From assembly GCA_002423605.1 (NCBI GenBank), contig DIKK01000022.1:34882-98881 (forward strand): 64,000 nucleotides of DNA. The letters run 5' to 3'. This stretch comes from Dehalococcoidia bacterium UBA5620. GTDB lineage: Bacteria > Chloroflexota > Dehalococcoidia > GIF9 > UBA5629. Every line of letters starts with the position of its first letter. Position 1 is the stretch's first letter. The position numbers were made by a program, and so were the translations under genes. A model generated the notes under the pieces. The model saw nothing but the letters and a program-made list of their open reading frames with translations. It made no database searches and was not told where the DNA came from. Of this stretch, positions 15,469 to 26,110 are shown one piece after another.

Positions 15469-18423
15469 CTAGCAAGACTTATGTTTGGTGGGCTTTGTAT
15501 CTTGAGGTGGCGGGTTAAGGTTGCTGTAAGAGGAGAATTTATAGTTATCCCGGCCACTTTCCTTCACTCGATACATTGATTCATCGGAGCCCTTCAATAA
15601 ATCTCTAATGTCTTTGCCATCTTCCGGATATATTGCTATGCCCAAACTGATAGTGTTGTTAAGTGTATGACCATCGATAAGAAATGGTCGCCGAAATTCC
15701 TCTACTATCTTTTTTGCGACTTTGACCGCATCCTCCTTGTGGTCAACATCCCATAAAAGCAAAGCAAACTCATCTCCGCCCATCCGGGCAACTGTATCAA
15801 CCTTACGTAGAATGCTGGTCAGCCGGTCTGCAGCGGCAACTAATAGCTTATCTCCTACGTCATGACCAAGTGCGTCATTTATAGCCTTGAATTTGTCCAG
15901 ATCGAGGGACATTATTGCCAGCCTTTTCTTGTTTCGCTGTGCGCTTGCCAGTGCTATATCAAATCGGTCATATAATAACCTTCTATTAGGCAAGCCCGTA
16001 AGGGCATCATGGGTGACCAATTCTATTAACTCGTTACGGGCTTTTTCCAGACCTTTTTCTATCTCCTTGCGCTCGGTGATGTCCCTGGCTATACCGATGA
16101 CCGCTATAACCTTACCGTTGACATCTTTCACTGGGCTAAGGCTGGTGCTAGTCCACATACTTTTGCCACCGAGAAGCAGAGCCTCCTCTTTTTTAATATT
16201 CATTCCAGTTTCGAATACCTCCTGGATATTTTTTGACGTACTGGCAGCGATTTCGCTTGGGAATATTTCAGTAAGTGACTTACTGACCATATCTTCCGGC
16301 TTCTTGTGGAAAAGTCCGGCAGCGAAGATATTCATGGACAAAATTTTCATTTCACTATCGACCATAAATATTTGGTCAGATGCGGCTTCAATAATAGCCC
16401 TATATTTTGCTTCGCTTTCTTCTAGCTTCTCCCTCGCCTGCTTGCGCTCAGTGATGTCCCAGAAGATACCTATTAGGCCAGTGATATTGCCTTCTTCATC
16501 TCTGACGGGCACCTTAGTTGTGTGAACCCAGCTTTCTCTTTCGTCCTGTGTATACTCCTCTTCAATTTCTTCTATTCTGCCGGTTTCGATAATCTTTTTA
16601 TCGTCTTGCACATATTTTTCTGCCAATCCCTTGGGGTAGAAATCATAATCTGTCTTTCCAGCGATTTCTTCAGCTTTAATATTTAAAGCTCTAGCGTAAT
16701 TCTCACTGCAGGAAATATAAACTGAATTCTTATCTTTGAAAAATATCTTTTGGGGAAGATTCTGAAGAAGCATTCGATGCTTTTCCTCGCTCTGCCGCAG
16801 TGCTTCATCCGCCTTCTTGCGCTCGGTGATGTTTTCAAACACGACCACAAAATGGTCTCTTCGCGGACTATATATCGATATGGAAAGCCATATTCCCAGG
16901 GCATTAAAATAGGACTCAAAACTCTCTGGTATCCCGGTAGAAGCTACCCTACCATAGATTTCAAGGAATAGAGGGTCAGACTCTCTTATACCCGGAATAA
17001 CTTCGGATACCTTTTTCCCGGCAACATCCATCAAACCTGTTAGCTTTTCAAAAGCATCATTGACATCAAGATAGATAAAGTCTACGGGCTTATTTTCTTC
17101 GTCAACCAGTATCTTACAGAAGGCATACCCGTTGAGCATATTCTCAAACAAGGAGCGGTATTTCTCCCCTGATTCTCGTAATAACTCTTCTACCTGCTTG
17201 CGCTCAGTGATGTCAAGCAGCGTGCCAAACGTGAGCGTGGGTTTGCCGTCGACGTCATTGGATACAAAGCCAATGCTATGAACAAATCTAATGGCGCCAT
17301 CAGGCCTAACAACACGGTACGTAATATCGTGGGGTTTCGCTGCGTTTCCATCATATATATAAGTTTTGAATACGTCGGCACGATCATCTGGATGGACAAG
17401 ACTCTCCAGAATCTTCAGGTCAACCGGTGGCTTTTGGGATTGAATACCGAGGACGCGGCAGGCTCCATCAGACCAAGTTGTATAGCCACTTCTTAGGTCT
17501 TGACTCCAGAAGCCGAGATGTGCAGCCTGCTCGGCCAGCGTCTTATAAAGCTGTCCACTTTCCTGCGCCTTATCTTCGGCTTTAATACGGGATTCCGTAT
17601 ATAGGGATAGAATGTATCCGACTAAAGAGCCTGTGAAAATAAAAATAACTACTGAGATAAATTCATGAGCATCGCCAAATTGGAGTAAACTCTGAGGGAA
17701 TGTCTTATAAATAAAGATGCGATAAAAAATGTCTAATACATACCAAATCAGGATAGAACCAAGAAGTGATAAAATCATGATTTTCCCGTTTAAGCGGGAT
17801 TCCCTTTTTATTGCAAGGCCCAGCAATTGTCGAATGAATGGGACTTTCAGAATAGCTACATCAATGACTATATATAAATACATCAATGCCACACCTTTTG
17901 TTAACATCCCGGTTAGCACTGTTGCAGGTATTGATGTCTCAGCCTTTGGCTCCCAGAAAGGAGGATTAGACGAAAAGGCGACCGGATATAACAGGTAGCT
18001 GATACAGAAATATAGTAGTAAATAGGGGACGCTGATTAATAGGGGATTATTCCACAATGAAGGCCGCTTCTGCCTCAATTTTCCAAAATAACCCATCCAT
18101 GAAAACAATACAACATAGAGAATCGCCGTGACCAAATTGGCCCATCCGTTTGTTGGCCAAAGGATGAACGGGAAGAAGGCCCCCAATCCTACCACACCTG
18201 AAATTAAACCATATCTTCCACCGTATGCCATCCCTGCAAGAAGAGGGAACAGATAACTCCAAAGGATTGAAATAGAAAACGGTGGATTGTTGAATGACAA
18301 CGTGAATGAGGAGCATAAGAAACCTGCTAATCCAAGAATTATTGATATAACAAATTCTTTGGGTTTAAATAAACGCAGGTGAGAAGATTGCCGCTCGCCA
18401 ACCCTTTTGGTTTTACTGCCCAT
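15469..18423 (-). CDS. Membrane sensor diguanylate cyclase (multi-TM N-terminus, about four PAS, GGDEF)
   Basis: 984 aa with about 8 N-terminal TM helices, repeated PAS blocks and GGDEF (RMGGDEFALLL). Confidence 0.85.
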   Translation of the reverse strand: MGSKTKRVGERQSSHLRLFKPKEFVISIILGLAGFLCSSFTLSFNNPPFSISILWSYLFPLLAGMAYGGRYGLISGVVGLGAFFPFILWPTNGWANLVTAILYVVLFSWMGYFGKLRQKRPSLWNNPLLISVPYLLLYFCISYLLYPVAFSSNPPFWEPKAETSIPATVLTGMLTKGVALMYLYIVIDVAILKVPFIRQLLGLAIKRESRLNGKIMILSLLGSILIWYVLDIFYRIFIYKTFPQSLLQFGDAHEFISVVIFIFTGSLVGYILSLYTESRIKAEDKAQESGQLYKTLAEQAAHLGFWSQDLRSGYTTWSDGACRVLGIQSQKPPVDLKILESLVHPDDRADVFKTYIYDGNAAKPHDITYRVVRPDGAIRFVHSIGFVSNDVDGKPTLTFGTLLDITERKQVEELLRESGEKYRSLFENMLNGYAFCKILVDEENKPVDFIYLDVNDAFEKLTGLMDVAGKKVSEVIPGIRESDPLFLEIYGRVASTGIPESFESYFNALGIWLSISIYSPRRDHFVVVFENITERKKADEALRQSEEKHRMLLQNLPQKIFFKDKNSVYISCSENYARALNIKAEEIAGKTDYDFYPKGLAEKYVQDDKKIIETGRIEEIEEEYTQDERESWVHTTKVPVRDEEGNITGLIGIFWDITERKQAREKLEESEAKYRAIIEAASDQIFMVDSEMKILSMNIFAAGLFHKKPEDMVSKSLTEIFPSEIAASTSKNIQEVFETGMNIKKEEALLLGGKSMWTSTSLSPVKDVNGKVIAVIGIARDITERKEIEKGLEKARNELIELVTHDALTGLPNRRLLYDRFDIALASAQRNKKRLAIMSLDLDKFKAINDALGHDVGDKLLVAAADRLTSILRKVDTVARMGGDEFALLLWDVDHKEDAVKVAKKIVEEFRRPFLIDGHTLNNTISLGIAIYPEDGKDIRDLLKGSDESMYRVKESGRDNYKFSSYSNLNPPPQDTKPTKHKSC

Positions 18424-18712
18424 TACCGTACCAACACTCTTGGGGTTGATTTTGTTCTGCCACTAAACTACGCTGGTATGCCTTTATTATATCTGAATAC
18501 TATAAGGATGAGCAATGGCAAATCTTAGTCAATCTGATTTCTAATGAACGTATATTATTATGAGAAATGCGATGCCAATTTAAGGAGCGATACTGATGAT
18601 GACCGAAAGAGCAGGCTCGAGTTTGACAGAAGGGTTTGCAGGTATTTTTGTTTGAAGCGTGGAATTTGAAGTTTGGAACTTCATTCGATTGATATGTTAA
18701 TATTGACGAGCT

Positions 18713-19636
18713 TTGTCTGATATAGCTAGTTCAACGAGCAAGATAGAACAGGGCGTCAAGCGCAGCCGTGAGAGCTGGTTTGGCAGGATTGCCCGTCTCC
18801 TCGACCGGTCAGCAATAGGAGATGAGACATGGGATGAGCTGGAGGAGTTGCTCATCGCTGCGGATGTTGGCGTGGGTACCGCCAGCAAGCTTATTGGCAG
18901 GGTAAAGCAGCGGGCAAGGGCTGAGAAGTTGAACGATGGTGCGCAGATACGCTCTGCCCTGAAAGAGGAGATGGTGAATCTGCTGAGTGTTGATGCCACA
19001 GGGGAAAATCCGCCCGCTAACGGCGATGACAGACGCATACTTTTGGTGGTAGGAGTTAATGGCTCGGGCAAGACCACGAGTATTGCTAAGCTCGCCCGTA
19101 GCTTCAAAGATAACGGGGGAAAGGTTATCCTGGCTGCGGCTGATACCTTCAGGGCGGCTGCGGTTGACCAGCTTAAGCTGTGGGGTGATAGGGTGGGGGT
19201 AGATGTGGTAGCGCACCAGTCTGGCGGTGACCCTGGGGCGGTGGTATTCGATGCTCTGCAGGCAGCCCAGAACCGGCAAGCGGACGTGGTTATCGTCGAT
19301 ACTGCTGGCCGTCTCCACACTAAGTTTAACCTTATGGAGGAGCTTAAGAAGATAAAGCGCGTTGCTGGCAAATATGATACCTATCGTCAGGAGGTGCTTT
19401 TGGTAATTGATGCCACCACCGGCCAGAATGGGCTGTCCCAAGCCCGGAATTTCACCGAAGCAGCCGGCGTAAACGCCGTTTTCCTGACCAAACTCGATGG
19501 CACAGCCAAGGGTGGTATTGTATTTGCGATTTGCGATGAGTTGAAGATACCTATTGCCTATATTGGGACAGGCGAGCGGCTTGATGATATATCGATTTTT
19601 GATGCTAATACATTCGTTGAGGCGATTTTCAGTTAG
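18713..19636 (+). CDS. ftsY: Signal recognition particle receptor FtsY
   Basis: SRP GTPase motifs [35 protein letters not shown] start as given by the track. Confidence 0.85.
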   Translation: MSDIASSTSKIEQGVKRSRESWFGRIARLLDRSAIGDETWDELEELLIAADVGVGTASKLIGRVKQRARAEKLNDGAQIRSALKEEMVNLLSVDATGENPPANGDDRRILLVVGVNGSGKTTSIAKLARSFKDNGGKVILAAADTFRAAAVDQLKLWGDRVGVDVVAHQSGGDPGAVVFDALQAAQNRQADVVIVDTAGRLHTKFNLMEELKKIKRVAGKYDTYRQEVLLVIDATTGQNGLSQARNFTEAAGVNAVFLTKLDGTAKGGIVFAICDELKIPIAYIGTGERLDDISIFDANTFVEAIFS

Positions 19637-19649
19637 ATAGGAGATAGAA

Positions 19650-20435
19650 ATGGTTACTATAGGAATCGATCCGGTTGCTTTCACCATCGGTACCCTTGAT
19701 GTGAGATGGTATGGAATTATGGTGACGCTGGGTGTATTGGCAACTATCTTGGTCTCTTTGCGGGAGGCCAAGCGTGTTGGCTTTCCTCAGGATGATATCT
19801 ATAATATCGCTCTGTGGGCGATTATCAGCGGCATATTGGTTTCCAGGCTGTTTCACGTTATCGACCGCTGGGACTACTACGTGCAGCATCCCGAGCAGCT
19901 TCTTAACTTTGCCGGCTTGACTATTTACGGTGCGGTTTTTGGCGCCATTCTGGCGATTATCATTTATTGTTGGATTAAGAAGCTCTCCTTCTGGAAATTA
20001 GGGGATATCGTGGCGCCGGGGGCAATTTTAGGGCAGGCTATAGGCCGGGTTGGTTGTCTTATAAATGGCTGCTGCTATGGTTTCGAAGACCCACCTGCTT
20101 GGGCTGGCGCGATAATATACACTCATCCTAATCACAGCCTTTTTGGCACACCACTGGGCGTGCCTCTGCTCCCCACAGCCTTTTATCATCTGGTGTGGAA
20201 CCTTGTAGTGTTCGGCATACTCTGGAGCTTGCGCCGCCGAATCAAGGTACCGGGAGTGCTTTTCCTTATATATCTTCCCCTTTATGCGCTGGGCGACCTG
20301 ACCATCAGGTCGTTCCGGGTGGGGGAGCCGTTCCTCTTTGGTCTGCAGCAGGCGCAGCTAATCGGCATAGTGGTCTTATTGATAACGGTACCCTGGCTGG
20401 CGGTAAAGCTCTGGCGTGGCAGGAAGGTTAGCTAG
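19650..20435 (+). CDS. lgt: Prolipoprotein diacylglyceryl transferase
   Basis: Polytopic membrane protein with Lgt signature region ...YGIMVTLGV...RLFHVID.... Confidence 0.75.
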   Translation: MVTIGIDPVAFTIGTLDVRWYGIMVTLGVLATILVSLREAKRVGFPQDDIYNIALWAIISGILVSRLFHVIDRWDYYVQHPEQLLNFAGLTIYGAVFGAILAIIIYCWIKKLSFWKLGDIVAPGAILGQAIGRVGCLINGCCYGFEDPPAWAGAIIYTHPNHSLFGTPLGVPLLPTAFYHLVWNLVVFGILWSLRRRIKVPGVLFLIYLPLYALGDLTIRSFRVGEPFLFGLQQAQLIGIVVLLITVPWLAVKLWRGRKVS

Positions 20436-22104
20436 AAGGCGGCGCAAAATCAATAAGGTTGAGCCTGAGTTTTTCTGCTCCGTTCCAGCGGTCCAGTTCC
20501 AGGCTGTAGGCTATGTCCAGGGGGTTGGTTATTTCCTGTGCCAGGTTGCCAAACCTGAAGCCAATGGCGTTCCAGACCACGCCGTGATGCCTTAGTTTCA
20601 GCTTCAGATGTTCGTTCTGGCTGCCGATCTGGTTTTGCTGCACTACTTCCACGTTACGGCTGACAAATGTAGGCACAGGGTTGCCGCAGCCGAAGGGCGC
20701 TAGCTGCTGTATCTTGTCGAATGTTCCCTGCGCGAATATGGATAGGGGCACCTCGGCATCGATGTCGAGATGGGGGCGGAGGTCGAGGCCAGCCAACTGG
20801 TCTTGAGCCATGGCCGTCATCCTTTCCTGGAACTCTGGCAGTTTATGCGACGGTAGACTGAAGCCAGCAGCTTTAGTATGGCCGCCGAAGTTAATCAATA
20901 TATCGCGGCACTTTTCTAGCGCCGCCATAAGGTTGAACTGAGTTATGCTTCTGCCGCTGCCGCGGCAGGTCTCCGCACCATATTTGAATAGGATTACCGG
21001 ACGGTTAAATTCATCTGCCAGCCTGCCGGCAACGAGCCCTATGACGCCGGGAGGGTAATCTTCTTCTCCTGCCATCAGCAGCGGCAGGTCGATTCCCATG
21101 GCTAATACCTTCTCTCTGGCTCTGCTCAGTAGGCTATCGGCAAGCTGCCTTCTCCTGGCATTCTTCTCTTCAAGCTCTGAAGCCAGTGCATTAGCTTCTT
21201 TTATGTCTTGGGTGAGAAGAAGCTGGTAGCTGGTGGTGGCATCGTCCAGCCTGCCTGCGGCATTGAGGCGAGGTCCCAATGTCCAGGATATGCGCTGGAC
21301 ATCGATATTGCCTGGTTCGATGTTGACACAGCGCATCAGTTCTTGCAGCCCAACGCGCTTGGTGCTGTTAATGAGTTGCAATCCCCGTTTTACCCAGTAG
21401 CGGTTTTCTCCGAAAAGGGGGACCATATCGGTTATGGTGCCCAGGGTTACCAGGTCAAGTACCTCGTCCGCCAGGTCATCACGTCCTCTATTCTGCAGTA
21501 ATGCTTGTAGAAATTTGAAAGCTACGCCTACGCCCGCCAACTCGGTATCGTGATAGTTGGAGTCGCTCCGTTTGGGGTCGACTACTGCATGGGCAGGCGG
21601 CAACGTGGCAGGCGGCAGATGGTGGTCGGTAATTACTATATCCAGCCCCATCTTTCGGGCTTTTGCCACCTCGGCACAGGCGCTGATACCGGTATCAACG
21701 GTTATGACCAGGCTAACGTCCTGGTCCTGGAGCTTTTTCAGGGCAGAGACATGCAGTCCATAGCCTTCGGAGGAACGGCGTGGGATATAGGGGATAACAT
21801 TGCCGCCGAGTGCGGATAGGCCCTGAACCAAAAGCGCTGTGGCAGTGACTCCATCGGCGTCGAAATCGCCATAGACTGCTATTTTTTCTCCTGAAAGCAG
21901 GGCATGATAGGTTCTATGCACAGCCTGATGCATATCTGGAAGGAGGAACGGGTCGGCTTCCAACCGCTGGTCAGCGCTGATAAAGGCGTCTGCCTGGGAT
22001 GGGTCAGTGATGCCACGGTTATAAAGTATTTGAGCTACTAGCGGATGGATTCCGGGGATGTTGTTTGCTTGCTGTGGTGGTAGTTTCCAGTGAGTATGCG
22101 CCAA
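20428..22104 (-). CDS. recJ: Single-stranded-DNA-specific exonuclease RecJ
   Basis: DHH motifs YGDFDADGVTA, ITVDTG, ITDHH, plus a DHHA1 region. Confidence 0.9.
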   Translation of the reverse strand: MAHTHWKLPPQQANNIPGIHPLVAQILYNRGITDPSQADAFISADQRLEADPFLLPDMHQAVHRTYHALLSGEKIAVYGDFDADGVTATALLVQGLSALGGNVIPYIPRRSSEGYGLHVSALKKLQDQDVSLVITVDTGISACAEVAKARKMGLDIVITDHHLPPATLPPAHAVVDPKRSDSNYHDTELAGVGVAFKFLQALLQNRGRDDLADEVLDLVTLGTITDMVPLFGENRYWVKRGLQLINSTKRVGLQELMRCVNIEPGNIDVQRISWTLGPRLNAAGRLDDATTSYQLLLTQDIKEANALASELEEKNARRRQLADSLLSRAREKVLAMGIDLPLLMAGEEDYPPGVIGLVAGRLADEFNRPVILFKYGAETCRGSGRSITQFNLMAALEKCRDILINFGGHTKAAGFSLPSHKLPEFQERMTAMAQDQLAGLDLRPHLDIDAEVPLSIFAQGTFDKIQQLAPFGCGNPVPTFVSRNVEVVQQNQIGSQNEHLKLKLRHHGVVWNAIGFRFGNLAQEITNPLDIAYSLELDRWNGAEKLRLNLIDFAPPSS

Positions 22105-22211
22105 TACTATTCCTTCGCTGTTCTGATTATGGCTTTATACCATAACCTGGCTCCACCTGCAAGTTATTGGTGGATTCATTGTTTGACCTTGCGAGTGTAT
22201 GACAAATATAA

Positions 22212-23495
22212 TTGCCTGCGGGAAGCATCATGGAAACTAAGCCCAAGGTAGCCATTCATACCCTTGGTTGCAAACTCAATCAGGCGGAGAGTGAGCTTTT
22301 AGCCCGTAAATTTACAGAAGCTGGATGCACTATGGCTAACGGGGAGAAGGCTGATATCTGCGTTGTCAATACCTGCACGGTGACCCATATTGCTGACCGC
22401 AAGTCCCGCCATCTGGTTAGGCTGCTACGCAGAAGAAACCAGGGAGCATTGATCGTCGCCACAGGCTGTTATGTGCACAGGATGCCTCAGGCCCTGGCTC
22501 AAGTTGGCGCCGACCTAATTGTGGACAATGAACAGAAGCCAGACCTGGTGAAGTTGATAATCGACAGGTGTATTCCAACGGCTGGCTTGGCGGTGTCAGG
22601 CGCTGGTGGCATTCAGCGTATCCGCAGCTTTATCAAGATACAGGACGGCTGCAGTAGCGCCTGTGCCTACTGTGTGGTCCCCCAGGTGCGGAGGCGGGAA
22701 TATAGCCTGCCTGTGGATGAGATAGTTGATATGATTAAGGGGAGGGTGGCTGATGGTTACCATGAAGTGGTACTCACCGGCACTAAAATCGGCACGTATA
22801 ACTATGAGGGGATAGACCTCAGGCATTTGCTAGAACGGATTCTTGCTGAGACGGAGGTGGTGCGGTTGCACCTTTCTTCATTGCAACCGCAGGAGATTTC
22901 TCCAGAGCTACTTGGCCTGTGGTTGAGCCCTCGTCTGTGTCGCCATTTTCATTTGGCGCTGCAGAGTGGCAGTGATATTGTGCTCAAGCGAATGAGGCGA
23001 CGTTACAGTATAGACGACTATATGAGAGCGGTGTCTCTGATTCGCCAGTTGGTACCAGCGGTAGCTATCACCACCGATATCATGGTTGGTTTTCCCGGCG
23101 AAAGCGATGCGGAATTTGAGGAAAGTTATAACTTCTGCAGGGGAATGGGCTTCGCTGATATCCACGTTTTTGCCTATTCTGCTCGTCCTGGAACTGTGGC
23201 AGTGGGGATGCAGAGACAAGTCCGTGACAAGGTGAAGAAGGAACGCACTCTGAAGATGCTGGAACTGGCACAGCAGGCAACTGCCGAATTTGCTGAGAAG
23301 TTGTTAGGGCGGACTACTCTGATATTATGGGAGAACGAAGTAACTCCGGGGAGCGGCGTATACTCCGGACTTAGCGATAACTACGTCAGAGTATTTACTC
23401 AAAGCTATGAGCTGTTGACCAACCGATTGTTGCCTACTAAGTTGCTTCGAGTACAGGAACAGGGATTATGGGGAAAGGTGATAGATGAGGATTAG
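22212..23495 (+). CDS. mtaB: MiaB-family radical-SAM tRNA methylthiotransferase (MtaB-like)
   Basis: UPF0004 N-domain (VAIHTLGCKLNQAESE), radical SAM CSSACAYC, C-terminal TRAM-like region. Confidence 0.8.
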   Translation: MPAGSIMETKPKVAIHTLGCKLNQAESELLARKFTEAGCTMANGEKADICVVNTCTVTHIADRKSRHLVRLLRRRNQGALIVATGCYVHRMPQALAQVGADLIVDNEQKPDLVKLIIDRCIPTAGLAVSGAGGIQRIRSFIKIQDGCSSACAYCVVPQVRRREYSLPVDEIVDMIKGRVADGYHEVVLTGTKIGTYNYEGIDLRHLLERILAETEVVRLHLSSLQPQEISPELLGLWLSPRLCRHFHLALQSGSDIVLKRMRRRYSIDDYMRAVSLIRQLVPAVAITTDIMVGFPGESDAEFEESYNFCRGMGFADIHVFAYSARPGTVAVGMQRQVRDKVKKERTLKMLELAQQATAEFAEKLLGRTTLILWENEVTPGSGVYSGLSDNYVRVFTQSYELLTNRLLPTKLLRVQEQGLWGKVIDED

Positions 23496-23724
23496 AGTTA
23501 GGGTAGCCCCTAATGCAAAACGTGAGGAAGTTACCGGGGAAGGTGATTATTTTGTGGTCAGGGTGAAGGAGCCGCCGAAGGAAGGGAAAGCCAACAGGGC
23601 GGTGATAAAAGCGTTAGCGCTCCATTTCAAAGTCCCGCAAAGCTCAGTAAGCATTTCCAGCGGCTTCAAGAGCAAGGATAAAATTGTCGAGATTTCGGGA
23701 CTGGACGCTGGATCATCTCGATGA
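23485..23724 (+). CDS. DUF167/YggU-family protein
   Basis: IRVRVAPNAKREEV...VKEPPKEGKANRAVIKALA. Confidence 0.7.
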   Translation: MRIRVRVAPNAKREEVTGEGDYFVVRVKEPPKEGKANRAVIKALALHFKVPQSSVSISSGFKSKDKIVEISGLDAGSSR

Positions 23725-23755
23725 TTTTGTGATAATACTTCAGTTTGTTGAAATT

Positions 23756-23790
23756 GCTCCCCCTCTGATACGGGGAGGTTTTACTTTTAG
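23756..23790. terminator. Candidate bidirectional intrinsic terminator between convergent genes
   Basis: CTCCCC-9-nt loop-GGGGAG followed by GTTTTACTTTT. Confidence 0.4.
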
Positions 23791-24260
23791 CCTTTGACCA
23801 CGCCATAGAAATCCCAGCGAATGCCGCACGGGAACTTCTTCTTATCGTCAACTGCCTCTACGTTCGGCTCCAATTCGCATATTTTAGTTCTCAAGACATC
23901 TTCTGCCGTCGCCTTGCTAAAAGTTGTGCTGGAACGCCCTCCGGCTTTTGCGCCGGTAGCCCCTGAGACCATGCCAGCACGATTCTTTCTCTTCTCGTCC
24001 TTTACTTTCTCCATGACCTGCTCCGGCAAATGTGCTAGTACAACTGTCACACACTCTTGAGCTTTATAGCTACTTTCCCATCGCCGCGCCCGGGATGCCA
24101 AATCCTCGTCCAGCACTACGAGATACCCCTGCGCACTCTCTCCTTGTGCCCGAAGGTCTTTAACGGTGTACACCAGGCGCAAGTAGTCGAGCTCCAGTTT
24201 TTCTCTCTTTGCACCATTAAGGTTCAAATGTGATTTTGCCATTCCAAGCACGTGTCTCAT
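23787..24260 (-). CDS. Hypothetical protein
   Basis: 157-aa ORF with no recognisable motif. Confidence 0.45.
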   Translation of the reverse strand: MRHVLGMAKSHLNLNGAKREKLELDYLRLVYTVKDLRAQGESAQGYLVVLDEDLASRARRWESSYKAQECVTVVLAHLPEQVMEKVKDEKRKNRAGMVSGATGAKAGGRSSTTFSKATAEDVLRTKICELEPNVEAVDDKKKFPCGIRWDFYGVVKG

Positions 24261-24364
24261 TTCCTACCCCCAAAAGTCATTTCTTCCCCAGCTTTATTAA
24301 CCATATGAAATGTCAGCAGATTCACAGTGGGATTTCGTCTCACCTCAACATCTCCATATTCTAC

Positions 24365-25645
24365 TTACGTGCCCGGGTTCAGGACGCGGCCGATGAACAG
24401 GACAGCGCCAGTCTGATTGTCACGGATGAGAAAGATAAATGGACGGTCGATAGTGACTGCTATAGGCGATGCCGGAGCAGAGGTCAATCTCATTATCACT
24501 GCGGTGGCAGCAGCTGCCTCGGTGCCTTCCTCGTCAACGGAGACAAACGCCTTATGGATCACGTCTGAGATATACAGGTCGCGCTTTCCGGTCATGCCCG
24601 AGAAATCAGCGCTACCTGTGAAGGCATCCACCATGCCCATAGCTGCCAGCGCTTCTTTAACGCTGAAGCCGGAGGTAAATTCAAACTTGGGCATGGTAAG
24701 TGCAATCTGCTTCGGAGATAATGCCTGGATAATATTGCTAGCTAGCTTTGCATCCAGGGCAAACGCTGAAAACTGGCCAGGCTGTGGCAGCAAGATGAGC
24801 ATAGAAAGCTCACGGCCGTCGTAGGGCAGCTCCACCGCTTGGTAACCATTGCCTTCTGTATATCTAAACGATTCGGTCTTACTCATCATGGGTACGGTGA
24901 TATCGTGCTCATCAAGCAGATGAAAACTGCCATCCTTGGTGGCATCCTTCTGAAAGGGGTATTGCCAGGCGGCATTGAAATAGATAGCGTTGGTCAGTAC
25001 CAGCCGGGTCAGGGTATCGATAGCGCCCTGCGGGATAAGGTCTTTTATCTTGCCCTCCGTCTGGTCGCTCACCCAGTTATTGATGGTGATGCGTGAAGGC
25101 TCCGGCGCTGTCATAAAATCGAGCGTTCTCAGCCCGGCGCCGTAGTTCAGTGCCAGGGCATCCAGAAACTCAGTGAGGAACTTATAGCCTTTCTGCCCCC
25201 AGATGGCGTTGACGATATTTAAGCGGAAGCCCTTCTCATCCTTGCCTTTGGCTCCCTGACCGCGCTGGCTTAGCTCCGTATCTAGGCCATTCATTGCCGG
25301 ATGCAGCCGATCCTGGGGTAGAGTGAAATGGAGCGTGTTCGCCATCTGCTGGGCAGTAGTGCCTCGGGCGCCGGCATAGGTCATGGCTAGCGCCACAGAG
25401 ATACTATATGGCGAATAAAACAGGTTATCCTCATCCTTGAGCGTATGGTACAGGTCAAAGGCAAAGGCATTGTTGCCCTCGACCAGCGCTGACAGGTCAG
25501 GTTGATTTACGACTGGAGAAGTCACACGTTGTTTATCTGATTTCAGTACCTCGCTTGATTGCAGCTGCGCAGGGACACAGGCTACAAGAGTTACTATCGC
25601 CGTAATCATCAATGTAATCGTATAAATCAAATTCTTCAATTTCAT
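24365..25645 (-). CDS. Serpin (serine protease inhibitor) with lipoprotein-type signal peptide
   Basis: Serpin core NAIYFNAAW..., C-terminal signature IDRPFIFLIRDNQTGAVLFIGRVLNP, signal plus lipobox LVAC. Confidence 0.85.
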   Translation of the reverse strand: MKLKNLIYTITLMITAIVTLVACVPAQLQSSEVLKSDKQRVTSPVVNQPDLSALVEGNNAFAFDLYHTLKDEDNLFYSPYSISVALAMTYAGARGTTAQQMANTLHFTLPQDRLHPAMNGLDTELSQRGQGAKGKDEKGFRLNIVNAIWGQKGYKFLTEFLDALALNYGAGLRTLDFMTAPEPSRITINNWVSDQTEGKIKDLIPQGAIDTLTRLVLTNAIYFNAAWQYPFQKDATKDGSFHLLDEHDITVPMMSKTESFRYTEGNGYQAVELPYDGRELSMLILLPQPGQFSAFALDAKLASNIIQALSPKQIALTMPKFEFTSGFSVKEALAAMGMVDAFTGSADFSGMTGKRDLYISDVIHKAFVSVDEEGTEAAAATAVIMRLTSAPASPIAVTIDRPFIFLIRDNQTGAVLFIGRVLNPGT

Positions 25646-25918
25646 GCCTGCTTTCTCCAGTTTAATTGTCTCTTAACTAAAACGAAGAATTCTGGCCAAG
25701 GTTTAGTATAATCACGCAGCGGAAAAAGTCAACGATAATAGGCAGCTAAAAACACGATGGACGAAGGTAAAAAAATTAATATTTCCCCTGTCATTGCAAG
25801 TAGTCCCTATATAATCGGGACAACGAAGCAATCTCGGAGGGAATTGGTAGCCCTGCCCTGAATATCGCTCAGCCAATGAGGGTGAATCTGAGACAAACCT
25901 GCCTCAGTGGGGAACCCC

Positions 25919-26110
25919 TCAGGTGGGGCGGCCTGGAGCACAGCTCCCGCCGGAAAAAGACGAAGGCCCCCTGGCAAATGCCGAGAAAACCCTCCGCGGC
26001 TCCTTAGCCCCACATTTGGGGCACTTCACCTTGCTATCGCTCTCAGCTATCCCGCGCTTCCGCTCAAACTTCTCTCCACAACTCTTACACTCATACTCAT
26101 AAACTGGCAT
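25919..26110 (-). CDS. FmdB-family zinc-ribbon protein
   Basis: MPVYEYECKSCGEKFE...CPKCG. Confidence 0.7.
   Translation of the reverse strand: MPVYEYECKSCGEKFERKRGIAESDSKVKCPKCGAKEPRRVFSAFARGPSSFSGGSCAPGRPT

Noticed and set aside
15887-16525. 212-aa plus-strand ORF (MNLSRSRDI...) inside the sensor-GGDEF gene, with a twin at 12398-12760 on the minus strand
   Set aside because: Both are antisense shadows of the paralogous GGDEF 3' regions. Their similarity simply reflects the inverted repeat.
18430-18475. Another tRNA-like motif (ccactaaactacgctgg) just upstream of the sensor-GGDEF start
   Set aside because: It has 3 mismatches to the D-arm/acceptor core and no further tRNA structure. It may be a very old scar, but that is too weak to annotate.
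18697-19771. Long minus-strand ORFs (224 and 320 aa) overlapping ftsY
   Set aside because: They are antisense to a gene with unambiguous SRP-GTPase motifs, are low-complexity and Ser/Pro/Ala-rich, and lack an RBS. These are shadow ORFs.
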